Shown: positions 1 through 11,286 of the stretch, in pieces | How the letters are laid out: each line of letters opens with the position of its first letter | Numbering within the stretch: position 1 is the first letter of the stretch | From: Terriglobia bacterium | GTDB taxonomy: Bacteria > Acidobacteriota > Terriglobia > 2-12-FULL-54-10 | Direction of reading: 5' to 3' | NCBI GenBank assembly: GCA_963666975.2 | Contig: CAXVYR010000003.1 | Coordinates: 352,001-416,000 of the forward strand | Length of the DNA stretch: 64,000 nucleotides | Program-made: the position numbers and the translations under genes | Notes under the pieces: model-generated | The model's database searches: none | Seen by the model: only the letters and a program-made list of their open reading frames with translations | What the model was told of the DNA's origin: nothing

Positions 1-239
1 ACGTTGTGTCCTGGGGATGGGGCGACGTTTTTCGACAACTGCACCCCGAACGAATCCAATACACCTACTGGGACTACTTCAGAAACGCGTTCACGAACAA
101 CCGGGGCTGGCGGATCGACCACATCCTAGCGACAAAACCACTCGCGGCAACCTGCACAGCAGCAGACGTAGACCTCGCACCACGAAAGCGCCCGGAACCA
201 TCCGACCACACCGTCGTTTGGGCAGAATTTACCCCCTGA
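1..239 (+). CDS. xth: Exodeoxyribonuclease III, C-terminal part (5' end outside window)
   Basis: YTYWDY..AF..NRGWRIDHIL and PSDHTVV motifs of ExoIII/AP endonucleases. Confidence 0.9.
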   Translation, partial: VVSWGWGDVFRQLHPERIQYTYWDYFRNAFTNNRGWRIDHILATKPLAATCTAADVDLAPRKRPEPSDHTVVWAEFTP

Positions 240-270
240 AATCTACCTAAGATCCGCAGTCGCGCAATAG

Positions 271-828
271 ATGAACTGTATGACGCTCACCGCAACCATT
301 TACAACTTCGACATCGAACTCGCAGACACCGACCGCCACGTCTACGAGTCGCTCGCGCTGCGGGTCGCGCGTCATCCCTCCGAAACCGAAGAGTATCTGG
401 TGGCGCGCCTGCTCGCGTACCTACTGGAGTTCGCGGAGGGCATCGAGTTTTCGCATGGCCTGTCGGACCCTGAAGAGCCGACGATCGCGGTCCGAGATCT
501 GACCGGAGGGATCAAGGCGTGGATTGACATCGGCACGCCTGATGCGGCGAGGCTGCACAAAGCGTCGAAAGCCGCAGACCGCGTCGCCGTATACACGCAC
601 AAGGACCCGACGCAGTTCCTAAAACAGCTCGCCGGTGAAAGAATTCACCGCGCCGAGGCGCTGGAGCTGTACGCGATCGATCGTGCGATGGTCAGTGCGC
701 TCGTCGCGCGCCTGGAGCGGCGCGTCGCCTTCAGCCTGACAGTCACCGACCACGAGCTGTACTTGTCGATCGGCACCGACAACATTACGGGCGCCGTCGT
801 GCGGCTAAATGGTGTCCCGAAAAGGTGA
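271..828 (+). CDS. yaeQ: YaeQ family protein
   Basis: ATIYNFDIELAD.DR.VY..L.L.VARHPSET, GLSDPEEP, WIDIGTP...RLHKASK pattern. Confidence 0.9.
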   Translation: MNCMTLTATIYNFDIELADTDRHVYESLALRVARHPSETEEYLVARLLAYLLEFAEGIEFSHGLSDPEEPTIAVRDLTGGIKAWIDIGTPDAARLHKASKAADRVAVYTHKDPTQFLKQLAGERIHRAEALELYAIDRAMVSALVARLERRVAFSLTVTDHELYLSIGTDNITGAVVRLNGVPKR

Positions 829-970
829 GGCGCTGTGGTCCTAAAGGGCTTCTTCCTTGACTCCGTTGTGACTCCATTCGCGTGGTTTGATGGAGAAAAC
901 TTGTGAACTTGGCGGGCTTTGGTGAACGCTATTGTGTGCTATGTCGTTGAGGAAATGAAGTGGGAGCGTT

Positions 971-1015
971 TTCCCAAGCTGGACGTCGTGGGTTCGAGTC
1001 CCATCTCCCGCTCCA
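971..1015 (+). pseudogene. 3' half of tRNA-Gly(CCC); att-site core remnant
   Basis: TTCCCAAGCTGGACGTCGTGGGTTCGAGTCCCATCTCCCGCTCCA = anticodon loop, T-arm, acceptor 3' strand and CCA; no matching GCGGGAG 5' half upstream. Confidence 0.85.
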
Positions 1016-1567
1016 ACTTTCATACACTTACGGCCCACCCCCAGGGTCGTGACTCCAAAAGACTCCATTCGACAGCTTTTCGGTGACATTCCTTCCGCCA
1101 CATTCTGGGGAATAACCCTCTTCGGGAAATCTTCCTCGCTGGAACAAATTACCAGATAGGTAAATCCTTCGCCGTTTATCGCGATCTATCCCGGCGAGTG
1201 CCGTTCGCCCCTAACTTCCCAGAACTAGACTTATGGGAAGTAATCCGGGACTTGCCTTCCTCGCCCGCACTCGGAGCCCGGCTACAGGCTCAGCAAACCC
1301 CTACTAACAATTGCTTTACTGTCCCACCTCGTGTAATCTCTCGCTGATATTTCCATCCGAGCGGGGGCAAAAATGCGGCAGTTTCCCAGGGTAAAAAGCT
1401 TCCTTTGGACCGCCATACCACACCAAATTAGCCCGGGCGATTTGCGCTTGACCCGGCAGGGCAGGCGGCATAGGTTTTCGGGTGAGCGGAAGCTCAAAAG
1501 GATATTCCGCATATACTAGGTAATCTGTCCAACATCCAAAACAACAAAATGAACTGCGGAGGAGATC

Positions 1568-4500
1568 ATGGCCAAAAGATGGAGTTGCCGGGCGGGTTGG
1601 GCAATGGGGCTTTTGCTCTGTCTAAGCCTGCAAACTTCGGCGCAGGACAACGACGCTCGCCTCGCCGGGACCGTCCGGTCGCAATCGGGAGCGCGGCTGG
1701 GGCTAGTGAGTGTTCTCGTCGATGATCCCGCCTCGGGCGTCCGCCGGACTCTCCAGACCGATTCGGAAGGCCATTACCATGCACCGGGTCTCCCACCCGG
1801 CAACTATCGAGTGACGGTTTCGCTTTCCGGTTTCTTCACACAAGTCCGGGAAGGGGTGGAACTGGCGACGGGCCAGGTGGCAGAGGCGAACTTTCTGCTG
1901 GAGCCAACCGGAGAGGCCTCCGCGCCGGAGGCGCCGACAGCGGGGAGTGCGCCGGCCGGGGTGATAGATGAATCGCAACTGGTGGGGCTGCCGATGAACG
2001 GGCGTAGCTATACGCAACTGGCGACGCTGGTAGCGGGGGTGAGCGACCCGACGGGCGGAGGCAGGCAGGGGGGCACGGGCAGCAGCATTACGGTCTCCGG
2101 CGGGCGCGGGGAGTGGAATAGTTTTTTGATGGACGGGACGGACATCAACGGCACGGACAATCGAGTGCCGCGCAGTGCCGCTGGAGGGCAGTTGGGAGCC
2201 GACGCCGTGCTGCAGGTGCAGATATTCTCCGCCAACTACGGGGCACAGTACGGGCGTGCTGCCGGTGGGGTGATGAATGCAATTACCCGCTCGGGGAGCA
2301 ACGAATGGCATGGGGGCTTGTTCGAATTTTTCCGCAACAGCAAGCTGGACGCGCGCAATTTTTTTGATCCGTCAGAGCCCCCGCCGTTCAAGCGAAACCA
2401 GTTCGGAGCGACCGTTACGGGACCCATTGTCCAGGACAAAACCTTTTTTATGGCGAGCTTCGAAACCCTGCTCAACCGGTTGACGGAAACTATTGTGCTC
2501 TTCGTCCCCGACAACGAGGCACGTCTCAGGGCCGTGCCCAGCGTGGCGCCCTATGCGAACCTCTATCTGCCCGCGCAGTTCCCGGTTCTGAGAGAGGGGA
2601 AACCCACCGGTGTGGCGGAGAACCGTTCGCCGGCGACCCAGCCAACAGATGAGTACTTTTTCGTGGCCCGGGTAGACCGGCAACTCGGGGACCGAGATGC
2701 CTTGTTCGCCCGCTATACCTTTGATGATGCCACTCAAACCAGCGTTGGTACTTCACCTATGTTTCCCACGGTGACCGAGAGCCGACAGCAATATGTGACC
2801 CTGACGGAGACGCATTTCTTTTCTCCGGCCCTGATCAGCACCGCGCGGCTCAGTTACACCCGGCCCGTGACGCAGTTTCGCATGGAACCCGCTGTTGAGA
2901 TACCCCGCTCGCTGTTTTACGTGCCCAGCTCTCCGCAAATTGGCAATCTTCTGGTCCCCGGATTGACGATTTTGGGTCCGAATCCCCAAGCTCCCTGGGC
3001 CCGGGTCTTGAATTCCTATCAGGTTGGCGAGGATGTTATTTACAGCCACGGGGCCCATACCTGGAAGGCCGGGATGTTGATGGAACGCTTTCAGTGGAAC
3101 GTGTTCGACAGTATGTCCAAGGGAGCGCGCTGGGCCTTTAGCAGCCTGGATGACTTCCTGCAAGGGGGTCCTGAGGGCACCGCCTTGCTCGTGGCCCTTC
3201 CTGGGTCGGACTCCTACCGGCATTTCCGGCAGACACTGCTCGGTTTTTATTTGCAGGACGACTACAAGGTCCTTCCGGAGCTGACCTTGAATCTGGGCCT
3301 GCGGTATGAATTCACTACGATGATTCATGATAGGCAGGGGCGAACCGTGCACCTGGTAGATGAGTTGCGGGATTCGGAGCCGCAGGTAGGCCCGCCGATG
3401 AAGCGCAACCCCTCCCTGCTTAATTTCGCACCCCGCATCGGTCTGAGTTGGTCTCCGGGGAACGATCCCAGCATGGTGATCCGGGCCGGGGTCGGCATTT
3501 TCCACAATCAGATCATTGAATACTCGGTGGACGGACTTCGGAACACGGCTCCCTTCTATAATGTGGTGGTCCTTCCCAATACGGACACCTCCGGGAGAAT
3601 TCCAAATTCCCCGGCATTTCCGGATGCCGTGGCCGTTGCCGGGGACGCAAAGGCTTCGCAGCTCCGCATCTTTGAATACAACGACCCCAAAACGCCCACC
3701 GTCTATCGGTACAGCTTGTCCCTGGAAAAGGAACTATTTCCTGGTTTGCGGGTGGGGGCCACTTATGTCGGGGCTCGGGGCAACCACTTGCTGCGGACGA
3801 TTGAAACCAACCAGTTCCCCTTCCCTGAGCGCCAGCCGGATGGGAGGCTGTTTTTCCCGAAGGACCCGGACCCGGACCCGAGGCTGGGACCGGACAATTC
3901 GATGAACCCGGCTTTTGGCAGCATCCAGAAAGTTCTGACCGATGCGCAATCTTTCTACAATTCCTTTGTGGTCTCCGTAAACCGTCGTCCCTGGAGGGGC
4001 CTGACCTTGGGTGCGAACTACACTTACTCCAAGAGCGTGGACGATGCCTCTTCGGTCGGCGGCGGCCTCGGTGGAGCACCGCAGCAGTACGGCCTGGACC
4101 GGAAGTTGGACCGAGCCCTTTCCTCTTTTGATATTCGCCACCGTTTCTCTCTGCGGTACTTCTACAGCCTCCCGTTCGGTTCCGGCCGGCGATGGTTGGA
4201 CTCGGGCTGGCTGGCGCACCTTCTCGGGGGCTGGCGGGTGGGAGGCATTCTGAGGACGCGCACCGGCCAGACGGCCGATGTGCGGTACAGCATCCCCGCA
4301 GAGGGCTTTCTGTTTGTCTCGCAGCGGCCGGATCTGAAACCGGGGCACAGCAACAACCCTACCAAGGGCGTAACTGCCGGTTGCGAGGGGGTCGAGGCTG
4401 GCCAAGAGCTGGGAGGGCCGGACCTATATTTTGACCCTTGCGTCTTCGAGCCTCCCGAACCGGGATTCATCGGGAACGCCGGCCGCCTCATCCTGATCGG

Positions 4501-4744
4501 ACCTCGCGTGGTGAACATGGACCTTTCCCTGCAAAAGGAATTTGCGATTGATTCCCAGCGCAGGCTTCAATTCCGGGCGGAGTTCTTCAATCTTCCCAAC
4601 CACACAAACTTCCGGCCACCGCAGAGGGGAAGCGCGAGCGTCTTCCGCGGTGCGGGTGGGATAGTCAACCCCAGTGCCGGTAGATTGAGGTCCACAGCCA
4701 CTACCCCCCGGCAGATACAGTTCGCCCTACGGCTCTCCTTCTGA
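1568..4744 (+). CDS. TonB-dependent receptor with N-terminal carboxypeptidase-regulatory-like domain
   Basis: Signal peptide, LPMNGRSYTQLA, ITRSGSN.WHG..FEFFRNSKLDARNFF, C-terminal PRQIQFALRLSF. Confidence 0.92.
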   Translation: MAKRWSCRAGWAMGLLLCLSLQTSAQDNDARLAGTVRSQSGARLGLVSVLVDDPASGVRRTLQTDSEGHYHAPGLPPGNYRVTVSLSGFFTQVREGVELATGQVAEANFLLEPTGEASAPEAPTAGSAPAGVIDESQLVGLPMNGRSYTQLATLVAGVSDPTGGGRQGGTGSSITVSGGRGEWNSFLMDGTDINGTDNRVPRSAAGGQLGADAVLQVQIFSANYGAQYGRAAGGVMNAITRSGSNEWHGGLFEFFRNSKLDARNFFDPSEPPPFKRNQFGATVTGPIVQDKTFFMASFETLLNRLTETIVLFVPDNEARLRAVPSVAPYANLYLPAQFPVLREGKPTGVAENRSPATQPTDEYFFVARVDRQLGDRDALFARYTFDDATQTSVGTSPMFPTVTESRQQYVTLTETHFFSPALISTARLSYTRPVTQFRMEPAVEIPRSLFYVPSSPQIGNLLVPGLTILGPNPQAPWARVLNSYQVGEDVIYSHGAHTWKAGMLMERFQWNVFDSMSKGARWAFSSLDDFLQGGPEGTALLVALPGSDSYRHFRQTLLGFYLQDDYKVLPELTLNLGLRYEFTTMIHDRQGRTVHLVDELRDSEPQVGPPMKRNPSLLNFAPRIGLSWSPGNDPSMVIRAGVGIFHNQIIEYSVDGLRNTAPFYNVVVLPNTDTSGRIPNSPAFPDAVAVAGDAKASQLRIFEYNDPKTPTVYRYSLSLEKELFPGLRVGATYVGARGNHLLRTIETNQFPFPERQPDGRLFFPKDPDPDPRLGPDNSMNPAFGSIQKVLTDAQSFYNSFVVSVNRRPWRGLTLGANYTYSKSVDDASSVGGGLGGAPQQYGLDRKLDRALSSFDIRHRFSLRYFYSLPFGSGRRWLDSGWLAHLLGGWRVGGILRTRTGQTADVRYSIPAEGFLFVSQRPDLKPGHSNNPTKGVTAGCEGVEAGQELGGPDLYFDPCVFEPPEPGFIGNAGRLILIGPRVVNMDLSLQKEFAIDSQRRLQFRAEFFNLPNHTNFRPPQRGSASVFRGAGGIVNPSAGRLRSTATTPRQIQFALRLSF

Positions 4745-5284
4745 GCCTTCGACGGAGTGTGTGCGAAATACCCACCGGCTCAATTCTAGGATGGTCTCTC
4801 ACACGGAAGTTGGACATAAACGGCGTTGTGAGAAATAACCCCTGATTAGTAGTTAGCGTTGATTGGGAGCGCCTCGGTGCGGAGAGCTGCGGAACGGGGG
4901 AGACGATTGGCCGAGGCGTTTTCGATAACGGGACGATAAGTCAATTGGGTTTCGGCGAGGGAAAGGCTGCTGCAAGCACTTGGTTTGAATGGAGTTTGGC
5001 CGCGTTTCCCCGGATAGGTCCTGCCTTGTCGCCTAGTGTTTACTAATCTTCAGCCAGTGGTCGATCAACGTCCATTCAAGAAGATTGGACGAATCGCTTC
5101 CGATGTAAACTGACCAACCACCGACTTTCTGGCCGTTTGACATACCTGGTCACTCCCGCCATTTCCGCTCGGCATCCTTGCCTCGGAGGATGAACCGTGG
5201 TCTAATCGGCGGCATTGTGATCGGCCGACCAGGACCGGTTGAATGTAGGTCAGCTTAAACGATAGTTAGGCCGCAGGAGGATAA

Positions 5285-5938
5285 ATGAAGCCGCGAATAT
5301 TGTGGATCGCGCTGCTCGTGGTCGGAAGTCTCACACTTGGCTGCCAGATCGAGGGACCCGTGGGTTGTATCCCAGTCAGCGAGCGGGCCGGACGACAGTT
5401 CGGCTGCTTTGTCATTGCGAATCAAGTCGTGGGCCAACTGGGTCAAGCGCCAGTCTACTGGCATCTGAACCGCTATCCGACGCGTGCCGCCGCGGAGGCA
5501 GCTCAGCGGCCTGGCGGTACAGTGGTGGAGTCTCTCGGAAGCGTGTGGCTGTTCGCCATCGCAGATCCCGGGTGGCGGCCACCCAGCGGCGAGCATGTCA
5601 TAGAGATTGGTCCTCTGCCAGTCGCTACGGGTGTAGGGTACACGGCGCAGTACATGGAAGCGATCTTTCGACCGGAGATGAAGTCGTCTGTGCATCGGCA
5701 CCCTGGACCGGAGGCTTGGTACACACTGACCGGTGAAATCTGCCTGGAAACCCCTGAGGGAACCAACGTGGGACGCACCGGTGGCCAGCACGTCATTGTA
5801 CCAGGCGAGACGCCCATGGAACTTACCGCCACTGGCACCGAGGTGCGACGTTCACTCGTGCTGATCCTTCACGATTCTTTGCAGCCCCCGGGCAGTCCGG
5901 CACACGATTGGACGCCGAAGGGTCTGTGCAAAACGTGA
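5285..5938 (+). CDS. Putative exported/lipoprotein with C-terminal cupin domain; gene-cassette-borne
   Basis: RBS AGGAGG, lipobox-like LTLGC, cupin motif HRHPGPEAWY..GE. Confidence 0.75.
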   Translation: MKPRILWIALLVVGSLTLGCQIEGPVGCIPVSERAGRQFGCFVIANQVVGQLGQAPVYWHLNRYPTRAAAEAAQRPGGTVVESLGSVWLFAIADPGWRPPSGEHVIEIGPLPVATGVGYTAQYMEAIFRPEMKSSVHRHPGPEAWYTLTGEICLETPEGTNVGRTGGQHVIVPGETPMELTATGTEVRRSLVLILHDSLQPPGSPAHDWTPKGLCKT

Positions 5939-5999
5939 GCATCTCGCTTGAAATGCACAGCTTTCATGAGGACAACGAATCCGCTCAGCGGGGCGTGCT

Positions 6000-6069
6000 G
6001 GCTAACCATCGAATGGAACCGACGCGCGCCCAACTGTGAACGCGCGCGGCTCATTCGTAATCGTTAGAT
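6000..6069 (+). mobile_element. attC site (integron cassette recombination site)
   Basis: R'' GGCTAAC, L'' ATGGAACCGAC, internal GCGCG/CGCGC stem, L' GCGGCTCAT, R' GTTAGAT; cassette 5' boundary GTTAGGC at 5265-5271. Confidence 0.75.
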
Positions 6070-6218
6070 GGCGGGTTGGATTCGGAGGACCTCGTGGGCT
6101 TTCTTCAGCAAGTTCTTCAGCAGCAAGCCAACCTGCTTCCATCGTGGAAGGGCAAGACCGCGAGATGCAGAACCAGTGCGCGGAAATCAAACTGAGGGCT
6201 GAGCGAAGGGCTGGGGAG

Positions 6219-6371
6219 TTGCTTAGCCAGTTCCACTTCCGCCTCCCGTAGATGTCGGATGATCTGTTCGGCTGCGTATCTCTTCTTCGGCATTCCTCCC
6301 CCCTTTCCATGTCCAGTCCAAACCCTAAACTCTAACTTATCAACTGGACCGATTTATGGGGGGGCAGGTCA
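6219..6371 (-). mobile_element. IS3-family left end with truncated orfA
   Basis: Terminal TGACCTGCCCCC at 6371; ORF from 6293 MPKKRYAAEQIIRHLREAEVELAK, then cut. Confidence 0.8.
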
Positions 6372-6566
6372 ATCAGAACTGCGGCGGATGACCTCGGAAG
6401 GGTGACAATCTCTCAGCCGAGAGATCCCTCTGTTGGAGGCAAACGGATGTATACTTGCACCCGTCGGAGGCCGAAAACCCAAGTCCGGCTGACGAGCTTT
6501 TCTGCGCTCCCTACACTCAGCCCGATGCCTCGTCGGCCCTATATCTGCAGCGGAAAAGAAGCCACG

Positions 6567-9500
6567 ATGCGCCCACTCGCAACTCTGTCCTCGGGAAGCT
6601 GTAGTGATGGCGTTCCGATTCCCACACACCGCTCCATTGCGGTCATGGCTCTGATTCCGACTCTTGGCTTCTGGCTTCTGGCTCCCGCTCTTTCATCCGC
6701 CCAGGGAGTCACTCCCCAAAGCGTCATCACCACGGTGGCGGGCAGCTCCTGGGTTTTTCGCGGCGACGGCGGCCCGGCGATTGATGCGCCGCTGGGAAGG
6801 CTCGAAGGAGTTGTAGTGGACTCCATTGGCAATGTGTTCGCGGCTGATAGTGAATCACCGCGTGGTGAAGATTTCCGCCACTGGCATTCTGACCGTGGTG
6901 GCCGGTAACGGACTTAGCGGCTTTTCTGGCGACAATCACCGCGTGGTGAAGATTTCCGCCACTGGCATTCTGACCGTGGTGGCCGGTAACGGACTTAGCG
7001 GCTTTTCTGGCGACGGAGGCCCAGCCACCAGTGCCAGCTTTTTTTTTATCCAAGGTGTGGCGGTGGATGCGGTCGGCAACATTTACATCGCCGACTCTAG
7101 CGTAGACCGCATCCGCAAAGTCAACCCGGACGGGACTATCACCACCGTGGCAGGCAATGGGAGCCGAGGCTTTTCTGGTGATGGCGGCCCGGCCACTAGC
7201 GCCTCACTAAGGAGCCCTAGGGGCCTGGCGGTGGATGCGGTTGGGAACCTCTACATAGCCGACGCCTACAATAACCGCATCCGCAAAGTCGGCCTCGATG
7301 GGATTATCTCTACCGTAGCCGGGAGCGGTCCCACCGGGTTTGGAAACGGAGGCTTTTCTGGCGATAGTGGGCCGGCCACCAGCGCCTTGTTAAATCTTCC
7401 CTTTGATGTTGCCTCCGATGTGGACGGAAACCTCTACATCGCCGACAGTAATAACCGCATCCGAAAGGTAAGCCTCGACGGGATGATTTCCACAGTAGCT
7501 GGCAACGGGAATTTCGGCTTTTCCGGCGATGGCGGTCCGGCCACCAGCGCCTCACTAAGGAGCCCTGAGGGCATGGCAGTGGATGCGGTTGGCAACCTCT
7601 ATATTGCTGATAGTAGCAACCTCCGCATCCGCAAAGTCAACCCCGACGGCATTATCACCACCGTGGCGGGCAATGGGACAAACTCATTCTCTGGCGACGG
7701 GGGACCGGCCACTAGCGCCTCAATGCAAATCATTTCCGGAGTCGCAGTCAATAGGGCGGGCGACCTTTATATCGCTGGTACTTTCAGCCACCGCATCCGC
7801 AAGGTCAGCCCCGACGGCATTATCAACACGGTGGCCGGTAACGGACAGTTCAGATTCGCGGGTGACAGCGGGCCGGCCACCAGTGCCTCGTTAAACTTGC
7901 GTTGCTGTGGTGTTGGTGTGACGGTGGATGCGGCGGGCAACCTTTATATCGCTGATGGCGACAACTTTCGAGTTCGCAGGGTAAGCCCGAGCGGCATAAT
8001 TACCACCGTTGCGGGCAATGGAATTCGTGGTTTCTCCGGTGATGGCGGCCCAGCCACCAGCGCTTTACTCAATCGTCCCCATGGTGTGGCACTGGATGCG
8101 GTTGGGAACCTCTATATCGCTGATGATTCCAACCGCCGCATCCGCAAAGTCAGCCCCGACGGCATTATCACTACCGTGGCAGGCAATGGGACATCCTCTT
8201 TCTCTATCCGAGACGGCGAACTAGCTACCACCGCTCAAATTGCTCTCCCAGCTGCTGTGGCAGTGGACGCGGCCGGCAACCTTTACATCGCCGCCAATAA
8301 TAACCGCATCCGCAAGGTCAGCCCCGACGGCATTATCACCACCATAGCCGGCGGCAATGGTTGTGAGCCGCTCCTGGAAGATTGCTTTTTGGGCGATGGC
8401 GGTCCGGCAATCAGCGCCTCATTGAATTCACCCAAAGGTGTGGCGGTAGACTCAGCCGGCAACCTTTACATCAGCGACACTTGGAACAACCGCATTCGGA
8501 AGGTTACTCCCGACGGGATTATCAACACCGTGGCCGGTAGCGGCGCGGTGGGTCAGAACAACGGATGCTTTTCCGGCGACGACGGTCCGGCCATCAATGC
8601 CTTGATAAATCCGGGTTGCTGTGGTGGTGGAATAGCGGTGGATGCTCTTGGCAGCCTCTACATCGCTGACACCAATAGTAACCGCATCCGCAAGGTCAGC
8701 CCCGACGGGATAATTACTACTGTGGCAGGGAATGGGCAATCTGGCTTTTCTGGCGATGGCGGCCCGGCGACCAATGCTTCGCTGAATTTTCCCGAGGATG
8801 TGGCGGTGGACGCGGTTGGGAACCTCTACATCGCCGATAAAAGTAACGACCGCATTCGCAAGGTCCTGGCAACTCCGTTATCCTTCACCGTCTTCCCGCA
8901 GAATCTGAACTTCTCGGCCCAGACAGGCGCCCCTGCGGTCGCAGCGCAGCGCATCACCGTCTCCAGCGCCGTTGCTGGCCTCAGGTGGAGCACGCTGGCT
9001 TCCACCCAAACCGGCGGCAATTGGCTGTCTGTTTCGCCGTCGGCTGGAACGGCCCCGAGCACCATTGACGTGAGAGTGGATGTCGCCAGTCTGTCGGCAG
9101 GGATTTACCAGGGCACGGTGACGGTCGATGTGCCTGGGGCTTCTCCTCCGACCCAAGCCGTAAGCGTTGAGTTGACGGTTACGCCCGCCTTGCCTGCCGA
9201 GCTTGCGGTCGAGCCGTCCTCGCTCACCTTGGAAGGCTTATTTGGGGATGGCAGCCTCCCAATAGAGACGCTGCGCATCAGCAATGCCGGCGGCGGGACG
9301 CTCGACTGGACGGCGCAGGCCAGCACAGTTACCGGCGGCAACTGGCTGAGCGTGTCTCAGTCTTCCGGCCCGGCCTCCGCCGCCTCCCCGACGGAAGTCC
9401 AGGTCGCCGCCAATTTGATTGGTCTTGCGCCTGCCGTGTATTCAGGCTCGATTGTGGTTGAGAGCCCGGAAAGTGACCCGAAGACTGTGGCCGTGACTTT

Positions 9501-11286
9501 GCTCGTCTCCGAGGTGACGGCTACCATTCTAGTAAGCCAGAGCGCGCTGTTGTTCACGGGGGTAGAGGGCGGCAGAATCGTTCCTTCGCAGACCTTTGGG
9601 ATTTTGAACACGAAACCGGGCACCATGAACTGGACGGTGGGAGCCAGTACTCTCGGAGGAGGTAACTGGCTGACCGTGTCCCCAGAGAGCGGCAGCAGCA
9701 CGGCAGGCTCGCTAGAGGTTCCACTAGTGGATGTGGGACTGAACGTCGGCGGGCTCGGTGCCGGGCAGTACAGCGGTCAGATTCGTGTCAGCGCGCAGAC
9801 GGCAAACAATTCCCCGCAGTTTGTGACCGTGACCCTGAACGTGTTGCCGGCGGGTAGCATTCCACCGGTGGTGGTGCGGCCAACCGGGTTGATCTTCGTC
9901 CGGCAAGCCGGGAGTTCCTCGCCGGGCTCGCAGACGGTGCGGTTGGCCACAGCGGCCCCCGGCGGTCAGGAGGCTGTGGCCAGACCAATCACCTTTCAAG
10001 GAGGCGAATGGCTGGAAGCGCTACCTTCCAACTTGGTGTTTTCCCCGGACGAGCCGCGAAACATCGTCGTACAACCCACGCTGGGCTCATTGCCCCCAGG
10101 GGAATACTTTGGGGCGTTGACCTTGGGCTTCCTGAGCGACCGCAGTTCCCAGAATGTGAATGTGCTGTTCGTGGTGACTCCTGCTGGGGCAGCGCCTGCC
10201 GGGGTTCGCACATTGGATGGAAACGGCCGTGCCGCCCAGCAGGAGTGCGTGGCCCAGCGCCTGTTTGTCACAGGCCGCAGCCTGGGGAACAATTTCGCCT
10301 CGCGGGTAGCTTGGCCTAGTCGGATTGCGGCACAGGTCAAGGATGACTGCGACAACACGGTTCACAATGCCACCGTAGTTGCCCGCTTCTCGAACGGTGA
10401 CCCGCTGCTGGCGCTGGTGGGCTTAGGCAATGGGCTCTACGAAAACACTTGGCGACCGGTAAACGCCGGCTCGGTGAGAATCAACGTGCGCGCCGAGCGG
10501 GCCTCGCTGGTTCCGGACGAGGTGCGGGTGGACGGTCAGGTGACGGGTAATACCGCAGCTGCTCCTGCCCTGTTTACCGGAGGTATCGTCAACGCGGCCA
10601 GTTTTGCTCCCGGTGAAGCCTTGGCGCCGGGCAGCATCGTCTCGGTGTTTGGGAGCAACCTGGCACAGGGAGTGAATCTTGCGGAACAGGTGCCGCTGGG
10701 GAATACGCTGGGCGGAACTACGCTAATCGTCGGAGGCCTGGAACAGCCATTGTTCTTCTCTAGCGGCGGGCAGATAAATGCCCAGCTTCCTTTTGATCTG
10801 ACGCCGAATAGCCGCCCGCAGATGGTGGTGCGGGTCCAGCGGGAAGGCGGCGCGGAAGCCATTAGCGTGCCGGAGACGATCACGATAGCGGAAGCGCGGC
10901 CCGCGATCTTTACCACTAACCAGCAAGGCACCGGACAAGGAGCGATCCTGAACCAGGACTTCTCGCCCAACTCGGCAGAGAACCCGGAAGCGGTGGGCAA
11001 TGTGATTCAAGTATTCTCCACTGGGCTTGGCAACACGGACCCTAGTGTGCCCTCAGGCCAGCTAGCGCCAAGCCAAGAACCGTTGGCACGGGTGCTGGTT
11101 CCAGTGCAGGCACAGATTGGCGGGCATTCGGCGACAGTGCATTTCGCTGGACTAGCACCCGGCTTTGTGGGCCTCTACCAGGTAAACGTGCAGATTCCAG
11201 CAGGGGTGACGCCGGGGCCAGAAGTGCCGCTTGTCTTGTTCCAAAACGGTGTACCCTCAAACACCGTCACTGTCGCCGTGCAATAG
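6567..11286 (+). CDS. Large secreted NHL-repeat protein with BACON-like Ig modules and Solibacter-type C-terminal (TIGR03437-like) domain; frameshift near 6852
   Basis: Many repeats of GDGGPATSA.L..P.G.AVDA.GNLYIAD..N.RIRKV..DG.ITTVAG; GGNWLSVS modules; GIVNAASF..GLAPGFVGLYQVN C-terminus; signal peptide lies in the other frame (ORF 6402-6908). Confidence 0.85.
6853..7014 (+). repeat. 81-bp exact tandem duplication
   Basis: AATCACCGCG...TTTTCTGGCGAC present at 6853-6933 and 6934-7014. Confidence 0.9.

Noticed and set aside
4750-5200. Possible IS-end remnants (GGCGTTGTGAGAAATA, GAGTGTGTGCGAAATA)
   Set aside because: No partner IR or transposase fragment could be confirmed by eye
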